The notes beneath the pieces are model-generated. The model was not told where the DNA came from, ran no database searches, and saw nothing but the letters and a program-made list of their open reading frames with translations. Shown here piece after piece: positions 44,469-54,904 of a DNA stretch of 64,000 nucleotides (the first letter of the stretch is position 1; every line of letters begins with the position of its first letter). Where the stretch lies: contig OY969696.1 of assembly GCA_963702005.1 (NCBI GenBank), positions 2,624,001-2,688,000 on the forward strand. Reading direction: 5' to 3'. Both the position numbers and the translations under genes were made by a program. The DNA is from Candidatus Aminicenantes bacterium. Lineage in GTDB: Bacteria; Acidobacteriota; Aminicenantia; Aminicenantales; JAFGBC01.

Positions 44469-45401
44469 TCAGAGCTTGGTTTCTTCGACGGTCTTCTTGA
44501 CGGAGGCGATGGTCTTGTCGAGCTGGGCCTTTTCGTCCTCGGCGAGTTTGATCTCGTAGATTTTCTCCAATCCCTTGGCTCCGATCAGGCACGGGACGCC
44601 GATGAACAAACCCTTGACGCCGTACTCGCCCTCGCACAGGGCGCAGGCGGGCAGGACGCGGTGCTTGTCCTTGAGGTAGCTCTCGGCCACGACGATCGCG
44701 CTCCAAGCGGGGCTGAAGAAAGCCGATCCCTTGCCGAAGAGCTTGACGATTTCGGTCCCGGCTTCGCGGGTTCTGAGAACGAGCTTATCGATCTGCTCCT
44801 TGGTCGCGATCTCGGTTAACGGAACGCCGCCGATGGTCGTCAGCCGGGGCAGCGGAACCATATCGGGGCCGTGCCCGCCCAGGACGGTGCCGGCCACGTC
44901 GACGACGGAGACGCCGAGCTCCATGCCGATGAAGGCGCGCCAGCGGGCCGTGTCGAGCGTTCCGGCCATTCCGAGGACCTGGCTCTTGGGAAAGCCGGTC
45001 AGCTTGTAGAACGCATAGACCATGGCGTCGAGGGGATTGGTGACGATAATGCAGAACGCCTTGGGAGCGTACTGCTTGACGCCGGCGGCGACATCGGTGA
45101 TGATTTTCAGGTTGACGGCCAGGAGGTCTTCGCGGGTCATCCCGGCCTCGCGGGGTTTGCCGGCCGTGACGATGATGACGTCGGCCCCCGCGATGTCCTT
45201 GTAATCTGACGTGGCGGAGATTTTGGCGTCATAGTTCCCGTGGGGGGCCATCTCCATGAGGTCGAGGGCCTTTCCCTTGGCCGGGTTGACGTAGGCTTCG
45301 ATGTCGAGGATGACGATATCCCCGAGCTCCTTCTGGGCGGCGAGCATAGCCAGGTTCTGTCCGATCTGGCCTGCGCCGATCAGGGCAACTTTCTTTCTCA
45401 T
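44469..45401 (-). CDS. mdh: Malate dehydrogenase (LDH-like)
   Basis: GAGQIG, TAGKPREAGMTREDL, VTNPLD, LDTAR and GGHG motifs. Confidence 0.92.
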   Translation of the reverse strand: MRKKVALIGAGQIGQNLAMLAAQKELGDIVILDIEAYVNPAKGKALDLMEMAPHGNYDAKISATSDYKDIAGADVIIVTAGKPREAGMTREDLLAVNLKIITDVAAGVKQYAPKAFCIIVTNPLDAMVYAFYKLTGFPKSQVLGMAGTLDTARWRAFIGMELGVSVVDVAGTVLGGHGPDMVPLPRLTTIGGVPLTEIATKEQIDKLVLRTREAGTEIVKLFGKGSAFFSPAWSAIVVAESYLKDKHRVLPACALCEGEYGVKGLFIGVPCLIGAKGLEKIYEIKLAEDEKAQLDKTIASVKKTVEETKL

Positions 45402-45470
45402 CTTTCATTCTCCTTTGTATGAATTTGATGCCCGAATCTCATGGCCGGGTCTCGAATCGATGTCTTTCCC

Positions 45471-46670
45471 TCAGCCCTTGACGTAGCCTTCCCAGGTCTC
45501 CTTGAGCTTGGGGCTGACGATCCATTCCATGATGTAGTCGGTGAAGGCCTTGCCGGTCGCGCCGTTGTTGCGGCCGGTGATGGCGAGCTTCTTCTCGTAC
45601 TGGCCGGTGATATCGAGGGCCATCTCGAGCTTCCGGCTCTTGTCGGGATGGCCGATATGGCCGAGGAGCATGGCGGCGGCCCGGATCATCGAGCAGGGGT
45701 CGGCGTACTGGGCGCGGCCCTCGCTGACCATGCGGGGGGCGGAGCCGTGGATGGCCTCGAACATGGCGTACTGTTTCCCGATGTTGGCGCTGCCGGCCGT
45801 GCCGACGCCGCCCTGGAACTCGGCGGCCTCGTCGGTCAGGATGTCGCCGTAGAGGTTGGGAAGGACAATAACCTGGAAGTCGCGCCGGCGCTTCTCATCG
45901 ATGAGCTTGGCCGTCATGATGTCGATGTACCAATCGTCGACTTCGATCCCGGGGTAGTCCTTGGCGATCCGGTAGAAGTTCTCCAGGAAGCGGCCGTCGG
46001 TCGTCTTGACGACGTTGGCCTTGGTGACGCAGGTCACTTTCTTGCGGTTGTTCTTTTTGGCGTGTTCGAAGGCCAGCCGGCAAATCCGGTCGGAGCCGGG
46101 CCCGGAGATCAGCTTGAAATCGATCGAAATGTCGGCGTCGACGTCGATGCCGTAGGGGCCAAGTGCGTAGAGGTCCTCGGTGTTCTCGCGGAAAAAAATC
46201 CAGTCGATGCCCTGTTTGGGAACCCGGACGGGCCGGACGTTGGCGAACAGGTCCAGCTCCTTACGCATGGCCACGTTGCAGCTTTCGAGGTTGGGCCAGG
46301 GATCGCCCTTGCGGGGTGTCGTGGTGGGGCCTTTGAGACAAACGTGGTATTTCTTGATTTCGGCCAGGACGTCGTCCGGGATAGACTTGTTGTGGGCGGC
46401 CCGATTTTCGATCGTCAGGCCTTCGATATCCTTGATGATGACCGTTCCGGCCTTGACGTCGTCCCGGAGCAGAAACTCGAGGACCCGCTTGGACTCGGCG
46501 GCGATGTAGACGCCGATGCCGTCGCCGGGGATGATGCCGATTTTGAGGGGTTTGACCTTGGAGTAATCGATCCAATCCGGAGCGGCCTTGACCCGCTCCA
46601 TGCGCTTCATCTGGATTTCGAGGAGCTTGCCGAAATGCTCGGTCGCTCTTGCAATCGCGGCCTTATCCAT
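45471..46670 (-). CDS. Isocitrate/isopropylmalate dehydrogenase family protein (probably isocitrate dehydrogenase)
   Basis: GDGIG, KGPTTTP, FRENTE, NLYGDILTD and EAIHGSAP motifs; located between mdh and acnB. Confidence 0.85.
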   Translation of the reverse strand: MDKAAIARATEHFGKLLEIQMKRMERVKAAPDWIDYSKVKPLKIGIIPGDGIGVYIAAESKRVLEFLLRDDVKAGTVIIKDIEGLTIENRAAHNKSIPDDVLAEIKKYHVCLKGPTTTPRKGDPWPNLESCNVAMRKELDLFANVRPVRVPKQGIDWIFFRENTEDLYALGPYGIDVDADISIDFKLISGPGSDRICRLAFEHAKKNNRKKVTCVTKANVVKTTDGRFLENFYRIAKDYPGIEVDDWYIDIMTAKLIDEKRRRDFQVIVLPNLYGDILTDEAAEFQGGVGTAGSANIGKQYAMFEAIHGSAPRMVSEGRAQYADPCSMIRAAAMLLGHIGHPDKSRKLEMALDITGQYEKKLAITGRNNGATGKAFTDYIMEWIVSPKLKETWEGYVKG

Positions 46671-46773
46671 ACCTTTGTCCTCCCTGTACGAGATATTTTT
46701 GATATAACCCGAACGGGCGAGTTATTTTACCTTTTTCCAGATGGAAAATCAACGTCCTCCGCGCCTCCCGTCT

Positions 46774-46802
46774 TTGACAAATCGCCCAAAACGCTTTATA
46801 AA
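46774..46802 (+). promoter_or_regulatory. Putative sigma70 promoter of acnB
   Basis: TTGACA-17 nt-TATAAA. Confidence 0.55.
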
Positions 46803-46845
46803 AGCTTGGGTGCAAGACAACTCCGTCTGATTAAGGAGATCGCAC

Positions 46846-49389
46846 ATGTTAGAGACCTATTTCCAGAAGGCTCAAGAACGCGCGAAGCAGGAGATTCCGC
46901 CTCTGCCCTTGAACCCCCCGGAAACGGCGGACGTCTGCCGCGTGCTCGAGACAGAAGCCCGGGATGAGGCGAAGGTCGCCCTCGACCTCCTTAAAAACAG
47001 GGTCTCTCCGGGCGTCGACCCGGCGGCCAAGGTCAAGGCCGAATGGCTGACGAAGGTCGTCAAGGCCGAAGTCCGGCCGCCCCTCGTCTCGAGGAAGGAC
47101 GCCGTGTTCATGCTGGGAACCATGCTCGGGGGGTTCAACATAGATCCATTGGTCTTTCTTCTCGACGATCGGGAGCTGGCTTCGGCCGCGTCTGAGGAGC
47201 TCAAAAAGACGATCCTGGTTTACGGAGCTTTCGACGCCATCCTGGCTAAGTCCAAGACCAATCAGCCGGCCCGGGCCGTCCTCGAATCCTGGGCGAACGG
47301 CGAATGGTTCCTTTCCAGGCCCGCTTTTCCCGAAACGCTAAGGCTCAAGGTCTTCAAGGTCGACGGCGAAATCAACACCGACGATTTATCGCCGGCCAAG
47401 CACGCCTCGACCCGGCCCGATATCCCGTTCCACGCCCTAGCTATGGGCGAAACGCGTTTTCCGGGAGGGATCGCGGTCATCCGCAAGCTCCGGGAAGAGG
47501 GCAACCGCGTCGCTTTCGTCGGCGACGTCGTCGGAACCGGATCATCCCGCAAGTCGGCCTGCAATTCGGTCATGTGGCACATCGGCGAGGACATTCCCTT
47601 CGTCCCCAACAAGCGCAGGGGAGGGGTCGTCATCGGCGGCTTGATCGCGCCGATCTTTTTCAACACGACCGAGGACTCGGGCGGGCTGCCGATCATCGCC
47701 GACGTCGCCAAGATGGCGACGGGCGATCTCATCACGATCCGGACGGCGGCCGGGACGATTCTGAACGCGAAAGGGGAGACCGCCGCCGTTTTCGAGCTCA
47801 AGCCGCCGACGCTGGGGGATGAGTACCGGGCGGGCGGGCGTCTGAACCTCATCATCGGCCGCCAATTGACCAACCGGGCGCGCAAGGCCCTGGGCCTTCC
47901 CGAGGCCGATTTCTTCCTTAACCTCGACCAGCCGGCCCCTAAGAAAGGCCGGGGCTACAGCCAGGCCCAGAAAATCGTCGGCCGGGCCTGCGGGACGGCC
48001 GGCGTCCTGCCCGGCGCCTCCTCCGAGCCCAAGATGACGACGGTCGGCTCCCAGGACACGACCGGCCCGATGACGGCCGATGAACTCACGGAGTTGTCCT
48101 GTCTCGAGTTCCAGACAGAGCTCTTCATGCAGTCCTTCTGCCACACGGCGGCTTACCCCAAGCCGGCCGACGTCAAAATGCACAAGTCCCTGCCCGAGTT
48201 CGTGATCGAGCGGAAAGGAGTCGCCCTCAAGCCGGGCGACGGCATCATCCATTCCTGGCTCAACCGGCTCATCCTTCCCGACACGATGGGGACGGGCGGC
48301 GACTCCCACACCCGTTTTCCGATCGGGCTGTCCTTCCCGGCCGGCTCGGGCTTGGTCGCCTTCGCCGGCGCCCTCGGCTTCATGCCCCTCGACATGCCCG
48401 AATCCGTCCTGGTCAAGTTCTCGGGTTCATTGAAGCCCGGGATCACCCTCCGCGACGCCGTCAATGCCATTCCCTACGTCGCCCTTAAGAAAGGACTTCT
48501 GACCGTGGCCAAAAAAGGGAAGAAAAACGTCTTCAACGGCCGGATTATCGAGATGGAGGGCCTCCCCGATTTGACCGTGGAGCAGGCCTACGAACTGACC
48601 GACGCCACGGCCGAGCGATCCGCCGCCGGAGGGACGATTGCCTTGAGCGAGGCGACCGTGGCCAAGTTTCTTAAGAGCAATATCGCGCTCATGGAACGGA
48701 TGATCGCCGAAGGCTACCGAACGGCCAAGACCCTCCGCAAGCGGATCGACGCCTGCCGCCGCTGGCTGGAAAATCCGGCCCTTCTAAAGAGGGACGCCGC
48801 GGCCGAGTACGCGGCCGTCGTCGAGGTTGATTTAAGCGAGATCAAGGAGCCGCTCCTCGCTTGTCCCAACGACCCGGACGACGTCAAGTCCCTGTCCAAG
48901 GTCGCCGGGAACAAGATCGAAGAGGTTTTCATAGGGTCGTGCATGACGAACATCGGACATTTCAGGGCCGCCGGGAAGATCTTCGAAGGCGAGGGCTATT
49001 TGCCCGTCGTGCTCTGGATGACACCCCCGACCAAGATGGATGCCGCTCAGCTCGTGCGCGAAGGATTCTACAGTCTGTTCATCGGCGCCGGCGCTCGGAT
49101 GGAGATCCCCGGCTGCTCCCTATGCATGGGAAACCAGGCGCGGGTCCGGCCCAAGGCGACCATCATCTCGACCTCGACCCGGAACTTCGACGACCGGATG
49201 GGGGATGGGGCCCGGGTCTACCTGGGGTCGGCCGAGCTGGCCGCGCTGGCCGCCGTACGCGGCAAGCTCCCCACGGTCGAGGATTATCTCGCCGTCATGG
49301 GCGCGAAAGTCCTGCCCAAGGCTAACGAAATCTATCGTTACCTTCAGTTCGACGAGATGGGAGACTTCAGCCTGGGGTACCTGCCATGA
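46846..49389 (+). CDS. acnB: Aconitate hydratase B
   Basis: PGVDPAAKVKA, NTDDLSP, GSSRKSA, SQDTTGPMT, DSHTR, GSCMTN and GCSLCMGNQ motifs. Confidence 0.95.
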   Translation: MLETYFQKAQERAKQEIPPLPLNPPETADVCRVLETEARDEAKVALDLLKNRVSPGVDPAAKVKAEWLTKVVKAEVRPPLVSRKDAVFMLGTMLGGFNIDPLVFLLDDRELASAASEELKKTILVYGAFDAILAKSKTNQPARAVLESWANGEWFLSRPAFPETLRLKVFKVDGEINTDDLSPAKHASTRPDIPFHALAMGETRFPGGIAVIRKLREEGNRVAFVGDVVGTGSSRKSACNSVMWHIGEDIPFVPNKRRGGVVIGGLIAPIFFNTTEDSGGLPIIADVAKMATGDLITIRTAAGTILNAKGETAAVFELKPPTLGDEYRAGGRLNLIIGRQLTNRARKALGLPEADFFLNLDQPAPKKGRGYSQAQKIVGRACGTAGVLPGASSEPKMTTVGSQDTTGPMTADELTELSCLEFQTELFMQSFCHTAAYPKPADVKMHKSLPEFVIERKGVALKPGDGIIHSWLNRLILPDTMGTGGDSHTRFPIGLSFPAGSGLVAFAGALGFMPLDMPESVLVKFSGSLKPGITLRDAVNAIPYVALKKGLLTVAKKGKKNVFNGRIIEMEGLPDLTVEQAYELTDATAERSAAGGTIALSEATVAKFLKSNIALMERMIAEGYRTAKTLRKRIDACRRWLENPALLKRDAAAEYAAVVEVDLSEIKEPLLACPNDPDDVKSLSKVAGNKIEEVFIGSCMTNIGHFRAAGKIFEGEGYLPVVLWMTPPTKMDAAQLVREGFYSLFIGAGARMEIPGCSLCMGNQARVRPKATIISTSTRNFDDRMGDGARVYLGSAELAALAAVRGKLPTVEDYLAVMGAKVLPKANEIYRYLQFDEMGDFSLGYLP

Positions 49390-50162
49390 CGGCCGGGATT
49401 GATCTTGGGTTGACCGGGGACAAGGTTCTGATCACGGGAGGCTCCCGGGGGATAGGCCGGGCCACCGCCCTCCTGTTCGCGAGGGCAGGTTGCGATGTCG
49501 CCGTCAACTTCCAAACGCGGGCGGAGGCGGCCGAGTCGCTCCGGGACGAGGTCCGCAAGCTCGGACGCGAATGCCTCGTTTTCAAGGCCGAGATCTCAGA
49601 TGAAAAGGATGTGCTGGCCATGGTCGAGGGCTGCCGGACGGCCTGGGGCCGGATCGACGTCCTGGTCAACAACGCCGGCATCTGGACCTACGGCGAAATG
49701 GGAAATATGCCCAAATCCGTCTGGGACGAGACGATGCGGATCAACCTGGGCGGCGTCTTCCTGGCCACGAACGCCGTCGTCCCCTTGATGAAGGCGCATA
49801 ACCGGGGTGTCATCATCCACGTTTCATCGACGGCCGCGGTTCGGGGAGAAGCGTTTCATTCCCACTACGCGGCCAGCAAGGGAGCCCTTCATGCACTGAC
49901 GAAGTCTTTGGCCGTAGAGCTGGCCCCGTTCAATATCCGGGTCAACACGGTGGCCCCAGGCTGGGTCGATACCGACATGTGCAGCGAGGTCTTCAGCATC
50001 CCCGGTTACCGCCAGAAAGTCGAGGACTCCATCCCCCTGGGGCGGGTCTCGCCCCCCGAGGACATCGCCGGGCCGATCGTTTTTCTGGCCTCCGGCTTGG
50101 CCCGCCACATCACGGGGGAGATCCTCAACGTCAACGGGGGATCCGTCCTCTGCGGCGGATGA
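49386..50162 (+). CDS. Short-chain dehydrogenase/reductase (FabG-like)
   Basis: TGGSRGIG, NNAG, YAASK and PGWVDT motifs. Confidence 0.9.
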   Translation: MTAGIDLGLTGDKVLITGGSRGIGRATALLFARAGCDVAVNFQTRAEAAESLRDEVRKLGRECLVFKAEISDEKDVLAMVEGCRTAWGRIDVLVNNAGIWTYGEMGNMPKSVWDETMRINLGGVFLATNAVVPLMKAHNRGVIIHVSSTAAVRGEAFHSHYAASKGALHALTKSLAVELAPFNIRVNTVAPGWVDTDMCSEVFSIPGYRQKVEDSIPLGRVSPPEDIAGPIVFLASGLARHITGEILNVNGGSVLCGG

Positions 50163-50207
50163 TGGCCAACTTATCTCTTGACAGGTAAAAGAGGCTTATG
50201 GTATTGA

Positions 50208-51131
50208 ATGGTGAAGCCGATGGCTAAGTCAAAAGGCCGTTTCTCGGTTATTATCGTTCCCCACTCCAAGTCGAACACCCGGCGCTTCACGCTGTCCGAG
50301 CGGGCGTCCCGGATCTTGATGGGAGCCGCCGTCCTCTTCTGCCTGGCCATCGTCGCCTTCCTCGTCGACTATTTCACGATGACGGTCACCCGTGTCAAAT
50401 ACCACGATCTCCAGCGGCAGACCCGGCGTCAGGAAGAAACCCTGGCGACCTACCAAACCCAGGTCAAGGGCCTCCAGACGACCATCGATAAAATGGAGTC
50501 CTACGTCAAAAAGCTGAACGTCTACATGGGTCTCAAAGACACAGAGAAAATCACCGAGACCGGCTTGGGCGGAGGCGACGATCCCCCCCAGGATCTTGTG
50601 TCGGGCCCCTCGGAGGCTCCGTCTCCTCAAGAGCTAAGCCTTTCTCATGTTCAAGATTTGAGCCGGAAGGCCGACGGCCTTCAAAAGAACCTGATAACGC
50701 TGAGCGATATCGCCGAGAACAGGTCGGTCCAGCTGGCCTCGACGCCGTCGATCTGGCCCACCGTCGGGTGGGTTGCGGCGGGTTTCGGATACAGGACGGA
50801 CCCGTTCACCCTTATGCGGCAATTCCACTACGGCCTTGATATCGCCACGAGCTACGGAAACCCGGTCATAGCACCGGCCGACGGAATCGTCGTGGAAACC
50901 AAGAACGACCGAATAATGGGGAGGGCCATCGTCATCAGCCACGGTTGGGGCATCACGACCCATTATTTCCATCTCGACAAATGGCTGGTCCGTCCGGGCC
51001 AGAAGGTCAAGAGGGGCGACGTCATCGGCCTGGTCGGCAAATCGGGAAAAGCCACGGGACCCCACCTCCACTACGAGGTCCGCGTCAACGACAAGGCTCA
51101 AAACCCGATCACCTATATTTACGAAGAATAG
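50208..51131 (+). CDS. M23 family peptidase with TM and coiled coil
   Basis: TPSIWP, HYGLD and TGPHLHYEV motifs. Confidence 0.9.
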   Translation: MVKPMAKSKGRFSVIIVPHSKSNTRRFTLSERASRILMGAAVLFCLAIVAFLVDYFTMTVTRVKYHDLQRQTRRQEETLATYQTQVKGLQTTIDKMESYVKKLNVYMGLKDTEKITETGLGGGDDPPQDLVSGPSEAPSPQELSLSHVQDLSRKADGLQKNLITLSDIAENRSVQLASTPSIWPTVGWVAAGFGYRTDPFTLMRQFHYGLDIATSYGNPVIAPADGIVVETKNDRIMGRAIVISHGWGITTHYFHLDKWLVRPGQKVKRGDVIGLVGKSGKATGPHLHYEVRVNDKAQNPITYIYEE

Positions 51132-51175
51132 CCGCTTCAGGTCCCTTATCCCTCCCATTCCGACTCAGAAAAAGC

Positions 51176-51222
51176 TCAATCTCCTTCGCGGGATTCCAGG
51201 GACGTGAGTCCGTGGAGCTTCA
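51176..51222. repeat. Dispersed repeat family 2, copy H (internally deleted)
   Basis: TCAATCTCCTTCGCGGGATTCCAGGGACGTGAGTCCGTGGAGCTTCA corresponds to copy G lacking the segment between its internal direct repeats; ends on the fmt stop codon. Confidence 0.8.
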
Positions 51223-52152
51223 GTCGAACTTTGTGCCTGTCTCAATACGGTGCCCTCGCCCAAACGACACCGCTTCCATGGCCCGCCCGTTCTCGGCCTG
51301 GATCCTCCTGATCAGGTAAGAGGAATCTCCCCCGCAGCGGACGGCGATCCCTTCCTCCGACACCGCAAGGACCTCTCCGGCGGGGCCGGTCGACGGCGCG
51401 CGACCGAGCGGCCGGCCAGCATGGATGATGAGGCGCCTCTCCTTGAAACAGGCAAAGGCCGACGGCCATCCGGCGAAGGCCCTGACGCGCCTATCCACCG
51501 CCGCGGCGTCGGCTTTCCAGTCGATCCGGCCGTCTTCTTTCTTGATCTTGGGAGCGTAGCTGGCCAGGGCGTGGTCCTGGGGTACGGGTTGGATCCGGCC
51601 CAGCCCATCCAGGGTCTTCATCAGAAGCTCGGCCCCGATCTCGGCCAGCCGGGCCTCCAACTCGAAGGACTTTTCGCCCAGGGCAATAACGACCTCCTGT
51701 CTCGCCAGGACGGGCCCTTCGTCCATTTTCTCGTCGAGCTCGAAAATCGTGATTCCGGTCAGCGTCTCGCCGTTGAGGATGGCCCATTGAACCGGCGAGG
51801 CGCCGCGGTATCGGGGCAGGAGCGAGAAATGGACGTTGAGGGAATGATGGGGCGGGAGATAGATAACCGGGGCGGGCATGATCTGACCGAAGGCGACGAC
51901 GACGATCAGGTCGGGCCGCGCCTCCCGGAGTTTTTCGAGGGCCGACGGATCTTTACGGATCTTCTCGGGCTGGTAGACGGGAAGGCCGCGTTCGAGGGCG
52001 AACGTCTTGACCGGGCAGGGAGTCTCCCGCCGTCCGCGCCCCGAAGCCCGATCGGGCTGGCTGACGACGAGAGTCACCTCGTGGGCCGAGGCGACCAGCT
52101 TCCTCAGGCTGGGGAGGGCGGAGGCGGGGCTCCCGAAAAAAACGATTCTCAT
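51220..52152 (-). CDS. fmt: Methionyl-tRNA formyltransferase
   Basis: Start MRIVFFGSP; SQPD, NVHFSLLPRYRGASP and MDEG motifs; overlaps the def stop. Confidence 0.95.
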   Translation of the reverse strand: MRIVFFGSPASALPSLRKLVASAHEVTLVVSQPDRASGRGRRETPCPVKTFALERGLPVYQPEKIRKDPSALEKLREARPDLIVVVAFGQIMPAPVIYLPPHHSLNVHFSLLPRYRGASPVQWAILNGETLTGITIFELDEKMDEGPVLARQEVVIALGEKSFELEARLAEIGAELLMKTLDGLGRIQPVPQDHALASYAPKIKKEDGRIDWKADAAAVDRRVRAFAGWPSAFACFKERRLIIHAGRPLGRAPSTGPAGEVLAVSEEGIAVRCGGDSSYLIRRIQAENGRAMEAVSFGRGHRIETGTKFD

Positions 52153-52664
52153 CGGTCCGCGTCTTTGTCCCGTTTCCTCTTGAGCCTTTTCTTGATGAGG
52201 GCCCGCTTGAGGGGCGAGAGCCGTTCGATGAACAGCTTCCCGTTGAGGTGATCGATCTCGTGGCAGAGGACCCTGGCCAGAATTTCGCGCCCCTCGACCG
52301 TTACGGCAACGCCCTCGAGGTCGAGGCCTGTGACGACGACCCGGGTGGGGCGGGCGACCGGCTCGGAGATGCCCGGGACGGACAGGCACCCTTCCTCGCT
52401 GGTTTCTTGGCCTTCCTGGGCGACGATTTCCGGGTTGATCAGGACCATGAGCTCCCCGGGACTCTCGCCCGCCGAAATGTCGACGGTTATAAGACGTTTT
52501 GAGACGTCGACTTGGGGCGCGGACAGGCCGAGCCCGGGAGCCTTGTGCATGGTTTCGATCATGTCCCGCGCCAGCGCGCGGATCTCATCATCAATTCCGG
52601 TGATGGGCTCGGCGACCCTGGTCAGGGTCGGGTGTCCGATCGTCAGAATTTTTCGCAGTGCCAT
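52149..52664 (-). CDS. def: Peptide deformylase
   Basis: GLGLSAPQ, EGCLS and HEIDHLNG motifs. Confidence 0.96.
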   Translation of the reverse strand: MALRKILTIGHPTLTRVAEPITGIDDEIRALARDMIETMHKAPGLGLSAPQVDVSKRLITVDISAGESPGELMVLINPEIVAQEGQETSEEGCLSVPGISEPVARPTRVVVTGLDLEGVAVTVEGREILARVLCHEIDHLNGKLFIERLSPLKRALIKKRLKRKRDKDADR

Positions 52665-52684
52665 GGAAGTCCTCTCAATGGGTT

Positions 52685-52713
52685 ATTTTAGACGATGCGC
52701 AGACGAGGGTCAA
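52685..52713 (-). promoter_or_regulatory. sigma70 promoter of def-fmt
   Basis: TTGACC-17 nt-TAAAAT. Confidence 0.65.
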
Positions 52714-52802
52714 ACCCAAGCGTAAAACGGGTTCGGGCCCGAATTCCAGCGCAAGGCCGACCCTCCCTGCGGAAAGCCGGCCTTGGGACTTGCGATACGC
52801 GG

Positions 52803-54848
52803 CTAAATAACGGCCGAAGGCGGCGGAGGCTCGTCGGCGGCCCCGGCGTTCCGGAGCGGCTTGTAGATGAGATAGAGCGCGATCAGGACGAGGACGGCGA
52901 GCCCGCCGAAGTACCGGTCGAAGCCGCCGAAATAGCTCGTGCCCTTGAAGATCTGGGGGATGTCGAACTTGAGGGCATTTTGGAGGAAGAGGAATTTCCA
53001 GAGGGCGCGCAGCAGCCCGGTCAGGCTTTCGCCAGCGATCAGTCCGGCCGCGAGGAGGATGCCGATGTTTTCGGTCCGCGCCTTTTGGGCCGCATTAAGT
53101 CCCCTCTTAGCGGCGAGCTTGTCGACGATCCCTTTGAACATGCCGCCGACGAAAATGGCGAAGGTCGTCTCGAGCGGGAGGTACATCCCGACCGCAACCA
53201 GCATAGGCGATCGGACCTGGATCAGGATAAAGGCGAAGCCCATCAGCATGCCGACGATGACGAGCGGCCAGGCCATCTCGCCGCCGACGATGCCCTGGGC
53301 GAGGGCCGCCATCAATCCCGCCTGGGGGGCGGAGAGATCCTTGCTTCCGAGCTCGAAGGCGCCGATCAGGAGCATCAAGGGAAAATAGAGGACCAGGGAG
53401 GCGATGAGGATGCCGAAAATATTGCCGACCTGCATCTTCCAGGGCGTGCCGCCCAGGATATGCCCGACTTTGAGGTCTTGGAGCATCTCGCCGGCGACGG
53501 CCGAGGAGACGCAGACGACCGCGGCCACGCCCAGGACGGCGGCGACTCCGCTCGTTCCGGAAGCTCCGACAACGACCATGAGGAGGGCGGCGATAATGAG
53601 CGTCGATAACGTAAGACCCGAAATCGGGTTGTTCGAAGAGCCGATCGTGCCGACCAGATTCCCCGACACGGCGGCGAAGAAGAATCCGGCCAAGGCCATG
53701 ACGATGGCCGCGATAACGGCCGGACCGAGAGCGCCGGCGAAAATCCGGTAGACGAGAATCATGAGGACGAACGTCAGTCCCAGCCCGCCCAGGACGACCT
53801 TGATGTTGAGGTCTCTTTCGAGCCGGGAGGTCGTTTCGGCCTGCCCGGCGGCCTTCTTGACGTCGCCCAACGATCGCTTCATGCCCGCCGCCAGGTTTTT
53901 CCTCATTCGGTACAGGGTGTAGCCGGCGCCGACGAGCATGCCGCCGACCGCGATCGGACGGATGATGAATTTCCAGACGTTGGTCACAAGGTCCGGCCAG
54001 GCGACGTCGGCCATGGCGACGCCCGGGCCGTAGAACTTGGCTATGAGCTGCGGGCCGAGGAAGAACATGAGGAGGGGGGCGAACAGACCCCAGGCCAGCA
54101 CGCCGCCCGCGAAGTTGAGGGAGGCCAGCCGCGGGCCTATGATGTAGCCGACTCCGATATAGGCCGGGTAAATGCCGGGCCCGGAGACGGCGACCGTCCC
54201 GCCCGCCTCGATCTTGGGCGAGTTCTGCTCGGTTCCGAGGCGCACGAAGCTCGATGCGATCGTTCCGATCTTGATGATGAAATCCTTGGTCTGGGCATAG
54301 AGCTGGGCGACGCCCAGGGCGTAGAAGACCGCCCCCAAGCCCATCGCCTGGAAAAGGTGCTTGGCCCCCGCGCTGCCTTTCTGGCCGGCCTTGTGGATCT
54401 CGGACGCGGCAACCGACTCCGGGAAGGTCAGGTCGGGATCGCTGACCATGACCCGGCGCAGGAAGGTGACAAACAGAATTCCGAGGACGCCGCCCACGAA
54501 CAGGAGGGCGGACGTCTTGAGGTAGGCCTCGACGGTGTTGAATTTCACCCAGACGCGGGCGATCAGGAAGGCGGGTATGGTGAAGATGGCGCCCGCGGCC
54601 ACGGACTCGCCGATCGAGCCGACCGTCCGCGCTAAGTTTTCTTCAAGGATCGATCCCTTGAAGATCCTGAGAACGGCCATGCCGATGACGGCGGCCGGGT
54701 AGGTCGCCGCGATCGTCATCCCGGCCCGGAGACCGAGATAGGCGTTGGCGGCGCCCAGGATGACCGTCATGATCAGTCCGATCAGGAGGGCCCGTAGGGT
54801 GAACTCCCTCATCTCGGTTTTCTCGGGAACGTACGGCTGATGCTTCAT
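52803..54848 (-). CDS. OPT family oligopeptide transporter
   Basis: ANAYLGLRAG, FPES, SNNPISG, QDLKVG and APQA motifs; start MKHQPY after AAGGAG. Confidence 0.92.
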   Translation of the reverse strand: MKHQPYVPEKTEMREFTLRALLIGLIMTVILGAANAYLGLRAGMTIAATYPAAVIGMAVLRIFKGSILEENLARTVGSIGESVAAGAIFTIPAFLIARVWVKFNTVEAYLKTSALLFVGGVLGILFVTFLRRVMVSDPDLTFPESVAASEIHKAGQKGSAGAKHLFQAMGLGAVFYALGVAQLYAQTKDFIIKIGTIASSFVRLGTEQNSPKIEAGGTVAVSGPGIYPAYIGVGYIIGPRLASLNFAGGVLAWGLFAPLLMFFLGPQLIAKFYGPGVAMADVAWPDLVTNVWKFIIRPIAVGGMLVGAGYTLYRMRKNLAAGMKRSLGDVKKAAGQAETTSRLERDLNIKVVLGGLGLTFVLMILVYRIFAGALGPAVIAAIVMALAGFFFAAVSGNLVGTIGSSNNPISGLTLSTLIIAALLMVVVGASGTSGVAAVLGVAAVVCVSSAVAGEMLQDLKVGHILGGTPWKMQVGNIFGILIASLVLYFPLMLLIGAFELGSKDLSAPQAGLMAALAQGIVGGEMAWPLVIVGMLMGFAFILIQVRSPMLVAVGMYLPLETTFAIFVGGMFKGIVDKLAAKRGLNAAQKARTENIGILLAAGLIAGESLTGLLRALWKFLFLQNALKFDIPQIFKGTSYFGGFDRYFGGLAVLVLIALYLIYKPLRNAGAADEPPPPSAVI

Positions 54849-54904
54849 CCGATACTCCTTTGCGGGAAGTAATGCCTTATGTATATTCAATTTCCACGAT
54901 TAAA

